DNA of 64,000 bases from Alphaproteobacteria bacterium (GTDB taxonomy: Bacteria > Pseudomonadota > Alphaproteobacteria > SHVV01), in contig OZ253470.1 in NCBI GenBank assembly GCA_965261735.1, positions 2,176,001 through 2,240,000 on the forward strand, written 5' to 3'. Shown piece by piece: positions 1-10,325 of the stretch. The position numbers were made by a program, and so were the translations under genes. Each line of letters starts with the position of its first letter. Positions within the stretch are counted from its first letter, which is position 1. The notes beneath the pieces were generated by a model. It did no database searches and had not been told where the DNA came from. It saw only the letters and a program-made list of their open reading frames with translations.

Positions 1-339
1 CAGCAACAGCCCGAGCACGAGCGCGATCGCGTGTGCCGGCAGGTAGTTGTAGATCGCGGCGCCGATGATGATGGCCGGCAGGCCGCTGATCATGATGGCG
101 CGATAGGTGGGCCAATCGATGGCGTGGCGAAAAACCCAGGCGCGGCTCGTATGATTGATGAGCAGCACCACCGACATGACCGGCACCAAGGCCTTGACGC
201 CGATGACGGGCGCGAGCACCAGGGCCAGGAGAATGCCGCCGGCGAACCCGCTGACGCTCTGGAAGATTGACGCCGCGAAGGCCGCCAGCGCGACGATCAG
301 CAACGCCAGCGGCGCGATATCGGCCAGGAATGCGGGCAT
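1..339 (-). CDS. TauE/SafE (TSUP) family membrane transporter, 3' end runs off the window
   Basis: Manual translation from ATG at 339: MPAFLADIAPLALLIVALAAFAASIFQSVSGFAGGILL...SRAWVFRHAIDW; hydrophobic with the G-F-x-G-G motif. Confidence 0.75.
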   Translation of the reverse strand, partial: MPAFLADIAPLALLIVALAAFAASIFQSVSGFAGGILLALVLAPVIGVKALVPVMSVVLLINHTSRAWVFRHAIDWPTYRAIMISGLPAIIIGAAIYNYLPAHAIALVLGLLL

Positions 340-399
340 CGTGAATCTAGCCGTCAGTAGCCCGTGCCCGTTGGGGCCCGGCGTGCGCGCCGGCGCTGG

Positions 400-1254
400 C
401 TAGAAATTCCCGGATTGGTAATCGCGGATGGCCTGCTCGATCTCGGCGCGGGTGTTCATGACGAATGGGCCATACTGCACGATCGCTTCGTCGAGCGGGC
501 GCCCGGCGACGACGAGGAGGCGCGCGCCGTTCGCACCGGCGGCGAGCGCGACGCCGTCGCCCGCGCCCAGTACCGCCAAGGTGCCCGCGCCCACGGTTTG
601 ACCCGCGCCCCCGCCGCCGCCGCCGATGTTGGCCTCGCCCTCGAAGACGTAAGCGAACGCCGTGTGCGCCTCCGGGAGGGGGACCACGTAGGCGGTGCCC
701 GCCGGCATCGCCAGGTCGAGATAGAGGGGGGCGGCCGCGATGCCGCGCACCGCGCCCTCGATACCCTCGGCCTCGCCCGCGATTACGCGGACGCGAATGC
801 CGTCCTCGCGGGCGACCTCCGGGATCTCGTGGGCCTCCAGGTTCTGGTAGCGCGGCGCGCACATCTTGTCGGCCGCGGGCAGGTTGACCCAGAGCTGGAA
901 GCCGCGCATCAAACCGTCGCGCTGCTCCGGCATCTCCGAGTGGACGATGCCGCGCCCGGCGGTCATCCATTGCACCCCGCCGGGCCCGAGCAGGCCGTTC
1001 TCGCCGGCGTTGTCCTCGTGGCGCATGAGGCCGGCCAACATGTAGGTCACGGTCTCGAAGCCGCGATGCGGATGGGTCGGGAAGCCGGCGATGTAGTCGG
1101 CGCCTTCCTCGGAGCCGAACTCGTCGAGCAGCAGGAACGGGTCGAGATGGCGCTGGTCGTGGCCGCCGATGCTGCGCCGCAGCTTGACGCCGGCGCCATC
1201 GCTGGTGGCGCGCGAGGGCACCAGCTTGAGGACGTCGCGAAGCGCTTGGGTCAT
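400..1254 (-). CDS. Pirin family protein
   Basis: DGAGVKLRR, DPFLLLDEF, HPHRGFETVTY, QWMTAGRGIVHSE, GPFVMNT; start set at MTQALRD (1254). Confidence 0.95.
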   Translation of the reverse strand: MTQALRDVLKLVPSRATSDGAGVKLRRSIGGHDQRHLDPFLLLDEFGSEEGADYIAGFPTHPHRGFETVTYMLAGLMRHEDNAGENGLLGPGGVQWMTAGRGIVHSEMPEQRDGLMRGFQLWVNLPAADKMCAPRYQNLEAHEIPEVAREDGIRVRVIAGEAEGIEGAVRGIAAAPLYLDLAMPAGTAYVVPLPEAHTAFAYVFEGEANIGGGGGGAGQTVGAGTLAVLGAGDGVALAAGANGARLLVVAGRPLDEAIVQYGPFVMNTRAEIEQAIRDYQSGNF

Positions 1255-1282
1255 GTCGTGCGAGCGAGCGCGCCGCGCGCGG

Positions 1283-2230
1283 CTAGCGCCAGCCGGCCAC
1301 GGCGGAGGGGCAGCCGTTGGCCGTGGCCGCGTTGATCGCCGCCGGAACCTCGCCGGCGAGCGACCACGAGTCCGAATCCTCCGGCGCCCTGAAGACCTGG
1401 CCGCGCTCGGTGGCGATCCAGGCCGCGCCGTTGGCGAAAAGGACGACCGGCACCCGGTCGTGCTCCGTCGGCAGGGGCGCGCCCTCGACCTCGCGCCACC
1501 GCTTGCCGGCGTCGCGCGAGAGGTAGACGCGGCCCGCGCGGCCCGGCGGACCCGTGCCGGCGGCGACCAGCACCTCGCCCGCCCGCTGTGGATTGACGTG
1601 CAGGCCGACGGTATAGCGCAGCGCCATTCCTTCCATCCGCGCCTCCCACGAGGCGCCGCCGTCCTCGCTCGCATAGAAGCCGCCGCCGGTGACGGCGAGC
1701 AGCCGGCCGGGGTGCGAAGGGTCGGGCCGCACCGCATGGACGTCGGTGTGCACGCCTGTACTGAGCTCGCGCCAGGTCTCGCCGCGATCGTCGGACAGGA
1801 GGACGCCGCCAACCTCGACGCCGGCGAGGACGCTGTCGGGCGCCTCGGGCAGGCTATCGATCGAGCGCACGTGGGGCGCGCCCGGCGGCGCCGGGAAGTA
1901 CCAGCTCGCGCGGCTCGGCAGTTCGTCGATGTGACCCAGGCGCTGCCACGTGCGCCCGGCATTGGTGCTGCGATGGATCATCGCCGGCTCGGTCCCGACA
2001 TAGAGGTGGCCGGCTGGCGAGACGGCGCAGGCGCGCGCATCCCCCTGCCACAGGCAGCGCTCGCCCTCGGTCCCGAGCTCGTACAGCCCGTCCTGTGGCG
2101 CCGCCGCGACGACGGCGCTGTTTCGCCTCGCCACATGGCTGATCCGCTTGCCGGCGCAACCGAGCCGGCTCGCCGCGCCGCCGTCGTCGAGCTGCCAGAC
2201 GCCGTCGCTGGTGCCGAAAACGACTGTCAT
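1283..2230 (-). CDS. BNR/Asp-box repeat beta-propeller protein (WD40/YVTN-like)
   Basis: Repeated S-x-D/N-x-G-x-T/S-W boxes (STNAGRTW, SDDRGETW, SEDGGASW, SRDAGKRW); GTEPA motif. Confidence 0.8.
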   Translation of the reverse strand: MTVVFGTSDGVWQLDDGGAASRLGCAGKRISHVARRNSAVVAAAPQDGLYELGTEGERCLWQGDARACAVSPAGHLYVGTEPAMIHRSTNAGRTWQRLGHIDELPSRASWYFPAPPGAPHVRSIDSLPEAPDSVLAGVEVGGVLLSDDRGETWRELSTGVHTDVHAVRPDPSHPGRLLAVTGGGFYASEDGGASWEARMEGMALRYTVGLHVNPQRAGEVLVAAGTGPPGRAGRVYLSRDAGKRWREVEGAPLPTEHDRVPVVLFANGAAWIATERGQVFRAPEDSDSWSLAGEVPAAINAATANGCPSAVAGWR

Positions 2231-2307
2231 CAAAGGCGCTCCCCTCGTGGGCTCTGTTCCCCCTTACCCACCATAACAAAGTCGATATCGCATGCGAACG
2301 CGGGTGC

Positions 2308-3006
2308 TCAACGCGCGGGCGGTGGCGCGAGTCGGCTCGGCTCGCGGCCGCCGAGCCGCCTGCGCTCGGCCTCAGGCAGAACGTGCACCGAGACCGTGGC
2401 GTAGAGGCCGAGGTCCATGCCGCGCATCATGAGGCGGATGAAGTCGCCCAGAGCCTCGAGCAGGCGCGCGTTGCGCGTGCCGCCGCAATCGACCGGGGTG
2501 AAGCCGATCTCGCGCGCGAGCTCCATCGCGGTGCTTCGCGCGTCGGCGTCCTCGCCGCACACGAAGCACGAGACGTCGTGCTCCTTGAGCGGGCTCGGCG
2601 ACAGCTCGAAGACTTCCTGGGCCATGGTGTTGAAGGCCTTGACCACGTTCGCGCCCGGTACGTCGGCGGCGATGCGCTCGGTTAGCGATTCGCCGGCGAT
2701 GGTCTCGAACGCGAAGCCCGGCGGGATCACGCCGTTGTTGCAGTCGATGAGGGTCTTGCCCTCGAGCGCCGCGGTCGAGGACAGCATGGCCGACGGTAGG
2801 ACGTCGCGCGCCGTATGCAGCACCACCGCACCGAATGCGGCGGCCTCATCGAGCGTCCCACCCTGGCAGCCGTGGCCGGCGGCCTGCGCGACGCCCCGCG
2901 CCCGGCTCGCCTCGCGCGAGCCGAAAAAGACTTCGTGACCCAATTCGGCCCACAGCGTACCCAACGAGCGGCCCATGTTGCCGCTCCCCAAAATGCCGAT
3001 TTTCAT
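2308..3006 (-). CDS. NADP oxidoreductase / F420-dependent NADP reductase family
   Basis: MKIGILGSGNMG Rossmann motif, IDCNN, VVKAFNT, GFTPVDCG. Confidence 0.9.
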   Translation of the reverse strand: MKIGILGSGNMGRSLGTLWAELGHEVFFGSREASRARGVAQAAGHGCQGGTLDEAAAFGAVVLHTARDVLPSAMLSSTAALEGKTLIDCNNGVIPPGFAFETIAGESLTERIAADVPGANVVKAFNTMAQEVFELSPSPLKEHDVSCFVCGEDADARSTAMELAREIGFTPVDCGGTRNARLLEALGDFIRLMMRGMDLGLYATVSVHVLPEAERRRLGGREPSRLAPPPAR

Positions 3007-3119
3007 TGTTCGTCCTCCCGACGCATGTCCGGATCGTAACCCGAGACAGCCGGCGGAGTCCGGGTGCGGCCTCGCGGCGGGCCTCGCCTTATTGATTGCG
3101 CGCGTAGGTTGGGATGTCA

Positions 3120-3216
3120 CCCCCACCCAACCCTCCCCCATCAAGGGGGAGGGCGGAAACTGGACATGGCGCGATGAATCCCCCTCCCCTGGTGGGAGGG
3201 GGTAGGGGGAGGGGGA
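3120..3216. repeat. Intergenic REP-like palindromic element (two GC hairpins in inverted arrangement)
   Basis: CCCTCCCCCATCAAGGGGGAGGG and CCCCTCCCCTGGTGGGAGGGG, flanked by CCCCACCCAA / GTAGGGGGAGGGGG. Confidence 0.65.
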
Positions 3217-3295
3217 GCGATAATGAAGCCCTCACCCTGGCAACCGAATGCTGGGGGTCTCGGGGTGGGTGGACGCAGCTCGGCCCGGTCTTGGC

Positions 3296-3466
3296 CTAGC
3301 TATCGAGCCAGTGTGAGAAGGTCGGGCGCAGCTCCCGCCTTTTGAGCAGGTCTCCGAGCCAGCTCACGACGTGGGTAGCGAGGGTCTTGGCCCCGGCCGA
3401 GGCGCCGCAGCGGCCGTCCGCCGCGCGGGGGTCGCGCCGCGTACCGTAATCTCTCGTTTCCACCAT
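3296..3466 (-). CDS. Small hypothetical protein (56 aa)
   Basis: ATG preceded by GAGGAG Shine-Dalgarno; MVETRDYG...PTFSHWLDS. Confidence 0.45.
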   Translation of the reverse strand: MVETRDYGTRRDPRAADGRCGASAGAKTLATHVVSWLGDLLKRRELRPTFSHWLDS

Positions 3467-3523
3467 CGGATACTCCTCTTCTCGGCTTACCAAACTATTT
3501 GGTGACCCTAAAAGGGGACCGCA

Positions 3524-3539
3524 AGTGACAACCGTCACA
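3524..3539. promoter_or_regulatory. CRP-family-like operator
   Basis: AGTGA-CAACCG-TCACA, 9/10 match to TGTGA-N6-TCACA, ~60 bp upstream of the small ORF. Confidence 0.4.
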
Positions 3540-3570
3540 TGGGCGTCAAATAATGGCGGGCGCCAAGGCC

Positions 3571-4761
3571 TTAGGCCCGTCTCACCAGGCCCTCCATCGC
3601 GCGCGCGCCGCGGCTGTTGGGAAAGATCCGGTCCTCGAGCGCGGCTTCGCTCACGCCCAAATGGTCATGCAGCAGGCCCTTGAAGATGCCGCGGTAGTCG
3701 TTTGCGGGCATGACGTCTCGCCCGTCCAGTAGTGCGCGCCGGGTGAGGCCCGGCCAGGTGCCGGCAATGCGCCCGCCATCGACGGCGCCGCCTAAAACCA
3801 GGGCGAGGCCGCCGACCCCATGATCGGTGCCGCGGCTGCCGTTCTCGGCGACGGTGCGACCGAACTCGGAGACGACCGCGATCACGGTTTCGTCCCAGGC
3901 GCCGCCGAGGGTCTCCGCCAGCGCGGCGATTCCCGAGGCGAGGTTGGTCAGCAGGTTGTTGAGCCGATTGACCTGGCCGGCATGGGTGTCCCACCCGCCG
4001 ACCTCGAGGACCGCGACGCGCGGCCCGTCGCGCGATGCGAGCAGCTGTCCCGCCGCCTTGCCGGAGGTGGCGAAGTACTGTCTTGGCCCGCCCCGCCGGC
4101 GATCCATCGCCATACTCGGCGCGGAGGAGGCGCGCGCCTGCGCGAACGCGGCCTTGAAGAGCGGATCGCCTTCGTACACGAAACTGAGCCATTCGAGCGT
4201 CTGGTCGCCCGCTTTGGGGAGGCGCGAGGGGGCCCAGGTCTGGACCTCCGTAGCGCCGCGCAAGACGAGCGGAATCGTATGGCCGACGGCGAGGCCCAGG
4301 CGCGCGCCCGTGGGCGCGGCCATCTCGGCCAGAGCCCGGTTGAGCCAGCCGTCCCTGGCGCCGAAGGGCGTGTCAGAGCCGTTCTCGAGGACGTCCTGGC
4401 CGTCGAAGTGGGAGCGCTCGCGATAGCCGGTGGTCGCCGCCCGGATGATGGCGAGCCGCCGGTCGCGATACATCGCGTACAACGGCTCGAGCGCCGGGTG
4501 GAGGCCGAAATAGCCGTCGAGGTCGATGGCGCCCTCGGCGCCCGGTGGCGGCACCGCGAGATGGGGCCGAGCCTTGCGGTAGTCCCTGTCGGCATAGGGC
4601 GGTACCGCGTGCAGCGCGTCCAGGCCGCCGCGCAGGATGACGACCACGAGCCGCTTGTCGGTGGGCGCGCGGGCGAAGGCGGCGCCCATCGGCAGCAACG
4701 AGCCGTAGAGCGCCGCGCCGCCCACACCGCCAAGCATCCCGCGCCGCGAAATCATCGTCAT
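3571..4761 (-). CDS. DUF1501 domain protein with Tat signal
   Basis: SRRGML twin-arginine; LVVVILRGGLD, RSHFDGQ, GGWDTH, SEFGRT, GTDHG motifs; downstream of DUF1800. Confidence 0.9.
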   Translation of the reverse strand: MTMISRRGMLGGVGGAALYGSLLPMGAAFARAPTDKRLVVVILRGGLDALHAVPPYADRDYRKARPHLAVPPPGAEGAIDLDGYFGLHPALEPLYAMYRDRRLAIIRAATTGYRERSHFDGQDVLENGSDTPFGARDGWLNRALAEMAAPTGARLGLAVGHTIPLVLRGATEVQTWAPSRLPKAGDQTLEWLSFVYEGDPLFKAAFAQARASSAPSMAMDRRRGGPRQYFATSGKAAGQLLASRDGPRVAVLEVGGWDTHAGQVNRLNNLLTNLASGIAALAETLGGAWDETVIAVVSEFGRTVAENGSRGTDHGVGGLALVLGGAVDGGRIAGTWPGLTRRALLDGRDVMPANDYRGIFKGLLHDHLGVSEAALEDRIFPNSRGARAMEGLVRRA

Positions 4762-6117
4762 CTCCTCTGAAACTCCGGACTCGCGAGAACGAGGGTGAGG
4801 GCCTCCTCGCCCGAGGGCGCCGCGTCGATCGCCTCCTGCGTGGCAGGCGAGATCACCGGGCCGATCGTTTCACCCACGAACGTCGCCACCGATCGCGATC
4901 GGGGCACGCGCGCGGCCATCGCCCGCACCCACTCGATGCGCCGCATCAGCGCCTCGGGCGAGATCCAGTCGCTCGCCGTGTCGGGCCACCCCTGCGGCGA
5001 GGGCGCGTGCCAGGGCACCTGCCCGAGCTCGTGGAAGGTCCCGATGAAGGCGCGCGCGGGTAGCGAGTCGATGGCGGTCGCGCGCAGGGCCGAGATCACG
5101 AGCTCGTGGGGGCGCTTCACTTTGGGCAGCGGCGTGGCCCAGACCGCGTCGATCGTGATCAGCGCGCGGCTCACGGCGGCCAAATCGCCGTCGGTTTCAA
5201 GGAAGGTCGTCGCCAGTCGGGAGATCGCCTCGGCGGGTGGATCGTCGGCGATGAAGTGGCGCGCGAGCTTGGTGGCGATAAACCGGGCGGTCGAGGGATG
5301 GCGCGCGAGATCGCTCAGGGCGTCGGCCGCCTCGCGCTCGCCGTTTTCGCGGTAGCTCCTGCCGAGGAGTCGCTTGCGGCCGGGCTCGTGGGCGGCCTCG
5401 CGAAACTCGAACCCGCCATGGACCGCGCCAAGGCGCCGCACGGACCGCTTGTCGCGAATGCCGCCGTGCGACCAGCCGGTGAGGATCTTGGCGAGCGCGA
5501 TCACGTCGTCCTGCGTGTAGCCGCCGCCCACGCCGAGCGTATGGAGCTCGAGGATTTCGCGCGCCAGGTTCTCGTTGAGGCCGCGCCCCGAGCGTCGGCC
5601 GATGAGCGAGCCGGGGCCGATGGACAGCGCATTGTCGAGGTAGGACAACATGACCGGGTGACGGGCGACGGCGAGCAGCATGTCGTGAAAACGGCCGAAG
5701 ACGTGCGGTCGGATCGCTTCGCGCTCGTAGGCGGCGGCCGTCGGCCCGATGGGAAACCTGGCTCCCGAGACCGTGAAGTGGTTGCTCCAGAACGCGACCA
5801 TGCGCTCGGCGAAGGGCGCGCGCGTGCGCAGCTGGGCCTGCGCGTGGGCCGCCACTTCGCGGACGAGGAGGTCGCGCAGCACTTCGTCGGTGAGCCGCTT
5901 GAGGGTTTGCGGGCCCTCGATGCGCGCCTCGTGGATGCGCTTGATCGTATCGGCCGACAGGCGGTAGGCCTAGGAGCTCCGCAGGCATTTGCGGGCGCGG
6001 CGCGATCTGTCGCTTGAGCCACGCATGGGGATCGCGGTCGACGGAGGTGAGCTCGCCCGGCCGCGGGCCGAGGCCAAATCGATTGGTGGCGATGAACGCC
6101 TGAACCGATTGCATCAT
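4758..6117 (-). pseudogene. DUF1800 protein split by a +1 frameshift near 5970
   Basis: N-terminus NRFGLGPRPGEL in one frame; ERMVAFWSNHF, YLDN, NENLAREILELHTLG, SPEFQRR in another. Confidence 0.8.
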
Positions 6118-6180
6118 CGATGTTAACACGGGCCCGACCCGCCTTTTCCGTCGCGGCCCGCGCTGTTTCCGGTCGACACG

Positions 6181-8019
6181 CTATGACGCGCGATCGTACC
6201 TGAAGCCAGCAATCGCTTCCAGGAAGGGCGCGGCCAAGTCCTCGAGCTTGGCCGCGCCGACCCCATGGATGGCGGCGAATTCGCTGCGGTCGCGCGGGCG
6301 CGAGAGCGCCATGTCGGCGAGCGATCTGTCGGCGAAGATGACGTAGGCGGGCACGCCGCGCTCTTGCGCGAGGGCGAGGCGCAGCTCCTTGAGGGCCCCG
6401 AGCAGCGCGGCTTGCTCGTCCGAGAGCTCCGGCGCCGGTCGCTCGGGCCGGCCCTTGTCGCGCGCTTTTGCCACGCCCTCTATCGTATCGTGGCGATAGC
6501 GGAAGCTCTCCTCGCCCCTCGCCAGCGCCTGGCCTTTGTCGGTGATCGCGAGCCCGCCATAGCCCTTGACATCGACCTGAAGGAATCCAGCCGCCACGAG
6601 TTGGCGGATCAACGACCGCCATTCCTCCTTCCTGCGCTCGCCGCCGGCGCCGAAGACGGGCAGCCGGTCATGGCCCGCGGCGACGGCCTTGTCGGTCGCC
6701 GTTCCGCGTAGCACGTCGACGATGTGCGCGGCGCCAAAGCGCTGCCCGGTGCCGTGCACGGTCGAGAGGATCTTCTGGGCCTCCGTCGTGCCCTCGATCA
6801 TCTCGATCGGGTCGAGGCAGACGTCACAGTTGCCGCACGGCTCGATCGCCTCGCCGAAATAGGCGAGCAGCGCGCGACGGCGGCAGCTCGGCGCTTCGCA
6901 ATAGCCGATCAGCGCGTCGAGGCGCCGGTGCTCGCGCCGCTTGCGGTCTTCGCCGGCGTCCTCCTCCTCGATGAAGACCCGCCGCATGCGGATGTCGCCG
7001 AGGCCGTACAGCATGTGCGCCTCGGCGGCCGTGCCGTCGCGCCCGGCACGGCCGATCTCCTGATAGTACGCCTCGACGCTGCCCGGCAGGTCGGCGTGGA
7101 AGACGAAGCGCACGTCCGACTTGTCGATCCCCATGCCGAAGGCGATGGTCGCCACCATGACGACGCCCGGCGCGGTCATGAAGCGGTCCTGGTTGCTATC
7201 GCGCGCCCCCTTGTCCATGCCCGCGTGGTAGGGCAGGGCGGCGACCCCATTGGCGGCGAGGAAGGCGGCCGCTGCTTCCGTTTTCTTCCGCGACAGGCAG
7301 TAGACGATGCCGCTCTCGCCGGGGTGGCCCTTGAGGAAGGTGAGGAGCTGCCGCTTCCACTCGCGCTTGATCTCGACCGAGAGCTTGATGTTCGGGCGGT
7401 CAAACCCGAGGACGACCGCCTCGGCGCGACCAGCGAACAGCCGGTCGGCGATGTCCTCGCGGGTGAGTGCGTCAGCCGTCGCCGTGAGGGCCGCTATGGG
7501 GACGCCGGGAAAAAGCCCCGGCAGCCGCGAGAGGTCCTCATATTCGGGCCGGAAAGCGGGCCCCCATTGCGAGATGCAGTGGGCCTCGTCGATGGCGAAG
7601 AGCCCGACGCCGACCCGCCCCAGGGCCGCCAACATGCGCTCCGTCATCAAGCGCTCGGGCGCCATGTAGAGGAGCCGCGTCTCTCCGGCGGCGACGCGGC
7701 GCCATGCGGCGACGTTATCGGCGCGATCGCGCGAGGAGTTGATGGTATCGCAGGCGACGCCGGCGAGCCGTAGCGCGGCGACCTGATCGTGCATCAGGGC
7801 GACGAGCGGCGAGACGACCACCGTGAGCCCGCCGAGAATGAGCGCCGGCACCTGGAAACACAGCGACTTGCCCGAGCCCGTCGGCATGACGGTGAGCACG
7901 CTGCGGCCGGCGAGCAACGCATCCACGACTCGTTCCTGCCCAGGACGGAAGTCCGCGAAACCGAAGACCTCGCTCAGGACTTGGCGCTTGGTGTCGCGAT
8001 GGTTGGGGTTGGGCTGCAT
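6181..8019 (-). CDS. recQ: ATP-dependent DNA helicase RecQ
   Basis: MPTGSGKS, DEAHCISQWG, ATIAFGMGIDK, QEIGRAGRDG, Zn/RQC region and C-terminal HRDC (VPAYVIF). Confidence 0.97.
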   Translation of the reverse strand: MQPNPNHRDTKRQVLSEVFGFADFRPGQERVVDALLAGRSVLTVMPTGSGKSLCFQVPALILGGLTVVVSPLVALMHDQVAALRLAGVACDTINSSRDRADNVAAWRRVAAGETRLLYMAPERLMTERMLAALGRVGVGLFAIDEAHCISQWGPAFRPEYEDLSRLPGLFPGVPIAALTATADALTREDIADRLFAGRAEAVVLGFDRPNIKLSVEIKREWKRQLLTFLKGHPGESGIVYCLSRKKTEAAAAFLAANGVAALPYHAGMDKGARDSNQDRFMTAPGVVMVATIAFGMGIDKSDVRFVFHADLPGSVEAYYQEIGRAGRDGTAAEAHMLYGLGDIRMRRVFIEEEDAGEDRKRREHRRLDALIGYCEAPSCRRRALLAYFGEAIEPCGNCDVCLDPIEMIEGTTEAQKILSTVHGTGQRFGAAHIVDVLRGTATDKAVAAGHDRLPVFGAGGERRKEEWRSLIRQLVAAGFLQVDVKGYGGLAITDKGQALARGEESFRYRHDTIEGVAKARDKGRPERPAPELSDEQAALLGALKELRLALAQERGVPAYVIFADRSLADMALSRPRDRSEFAAIHGVGAAKLEDLAAPFLEAIAGFRYDRAS

Positions 8020-8082
8020 ATGGACACTATAGCGGCGTGCACGAGCCGTCCGGCGTCCGGCTCTTGCGACTGCCGGGCGTGC

Positions 8083-10225
8083 TCATGAGCCCGGCTCGGG
8101 CAGGCTCGGATAGGGCTTCAATCCAGCGGCCTCGCGATCCCTGAAGGCCACGTTGCCGCTCGCCTGCACCAAGCCGCCCACGCTCGGACTGCCGATGATC
8201 CGGTTGTTGCGGTAGACGATGGTGCCGAGGGCCTGCTCCTGGAAGATTTGGCCCGTCTTATCCAGCGGCCCGTCGAAGATGATTGTGTTGCCCTCGACGA
8301 TTGCGCCGTTGATCTCATGCAAACCCTTTTCGCGTTCCATCGACAGACCGATCAACCCCGCGTTGCCGCTGAACGGGCCCTTTTCGAGGACGTTGTTGCG
8401 GATCAGGACTTCGCCGCCAACCGGAATGTCGATCGCTCGGCTGTCGCGCCCGCCCAGTCCCGCGATGACGTTGTTTTCTATGACCGTGCGCCGGGCTCGG
8501 CTCTTGATGCCGTGCCCCTCGCCCTTCGTTCGCAGCACCGTGTTGTTGCGAAAGATCAACGTGTCCAAGCGGCTGCCGGCGTAGATGCTGCCGTGCGCGA
8601 AGCCGTCTTTGCCGTTGCGCTCGAATCTCGAGTTCTCGACGATCACCGTACCGCCGAAGCCGCCGAGGATGCCCTGTTCGCTATCGTGGAAGTAGACGTT
8701 GCGGACCACGAGCCCCTCCGCCTCGAGCTTGATACAGGAGCCGTTTCTATCTTTTACGGCGATACCCGAGCACTCGATCCCCTCGACGACGGTATCGTTG
8801 CCCTTGAGCACCAGCGCGCCCTTGCCCTGTGCGGCTGTGCCCATCAAGTGGGCGCCCGCCTCGCCTCTAATGGTGAGCCGATCCCGTCGCACGACGGCGG
8901 CCTGGCGGTAAACGCCCGGCGCGAGCACGATGACGCTTCCAGGTTCGGCGTCGTCGACGGCGCGCTGTAGAGATGTGTATCCACAGCCGGCCCCCGGCTC
9001 ATCCGGCGGGCATACGCGCAGCACGGCACCCTCGCCGCTCTTGCCCATGATCGCCCCCACCGAGGGTGGGGCGGTGGCGATGCGATTCGAACCGGCAGCC
9101 AAGGGCTCGTCGGGCATGCGGTACACCCAGACCCCCGAATCGACGCTGTTGACGCCAACGAAGACGTCGTGCGCAACCAGGTACACCCATTTGCTGTAGA
9201 CGGCGGCGTCGCGCCGCGGCGGCTTGGGACCCGAGGCGGCGCGGTCAAACAACGCGAGCTCCCAGGTCTCGGGATCGAGCGTGTAGACCTCCGGCGAGCC
9301 CGTCCACAGGACGAACTGCTTGCGGCCGCCATGATAGACGAGCGCCCAGCGGTACATGTCCTCGTGCGGTAATTCGTCGAGCACCGACTCGAAGGATTCC
9401 TAGGTTTTCACCATCGAGCTTGACGGTTCGCACACCGGAGGCGTCGTCGATCGCGACCAGCAGCCGGCGGCCCGCATCGATGGCGGCAACCCCGTTGGTG
9501 ACGAGTCGGGTCCGTGGCGAGCGCCGCGTGTACTGCTTCGCCGTGACATCGAACTCCCAGGCGTGGTTCTTCGTCGCGACGATGACGGCGCCGGTCGCGG
9601 GGTCGACCGAGGTTACGGCGCCCCACCGGCCCGGGTGCGCCGCCGCGTAGGTCCACGTGCGCTCTTGCGGCTCGAACTCCCAGACGCCGGCGCGCCCGCC
9701 GCCCCAGCCGTCGTGGCAATAGACGGGCGAGTGCCACACGAACAGGCTTTGCGTGAGCCGAGACCACACGACACCGTCGTTCGTCGCGCTTGCCGGGGGG
9801 CGATCCTCGTCCACCAGCCCGGCGCAGGATTTGCCCGCCGCCGGATCGCGAAGCCCTGTCGGCTCGGTGAGGCGCTCCCACGTCAGGCTTGCTAGATCGA
9901 AGGCGTAGACTTCATTGCCGCCATAGATTTTGGTGCCGCCGCCGTGAACGTACAAGCGACGGTCGTCGAATGCCGCACCGCTGTCGTCGAGAACGGCCGC
10001 CGGCCCCCGCGTACCGTGCGCGCCCTCCGGGACGGCGTCCGGCTTAACCAGCACTTGACGCATCTGCGTGTCGGGTATCTCGAACCACTCGCCCGGCGAC
10101 ACCCGAGCCGCAATCTCGGCGAGCCCCGCGAGCTCATCCGCGCTCGCGTCGGCGCCCGGCCGGACGGCCGACGATAGCCCGAGCGCGAGCGCCACGGCGA
10201 CGGTACAGATGGACCGCTTGTTCAT
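8083..10225 (-). pseudogene. Secreted Kelch-like beta-propeller plus right-handed beta-helix protein, frameshift near 9400
   Basis: Signal peptide MNKRSICTVAVALAL; HGGG..YGGNEVYAFDL..WERL propeller; second frame has SLQRAVD..LAPGVY and NVYFHDSEQGIL/IENSRFERNG/IENNVI beta-helix repeats. Confidence 0.7.
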
Positions 10226-10325
10226 GATCGAACTGGGATCAGTTTCGCGCGGCATTGAGGGCCATCAGCGGGGAGCGGACATGGAGCCAGCCTTGCCCGG
10301 TCCGCGCGCCTTCCAGGAACCGGCC

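Noticed and set aside
400-1962. 520-aa extended pirin ORF
   Set aside because: Upstream part overlaps the real BNR-repeat gene in another frame; pirin starts at 1254
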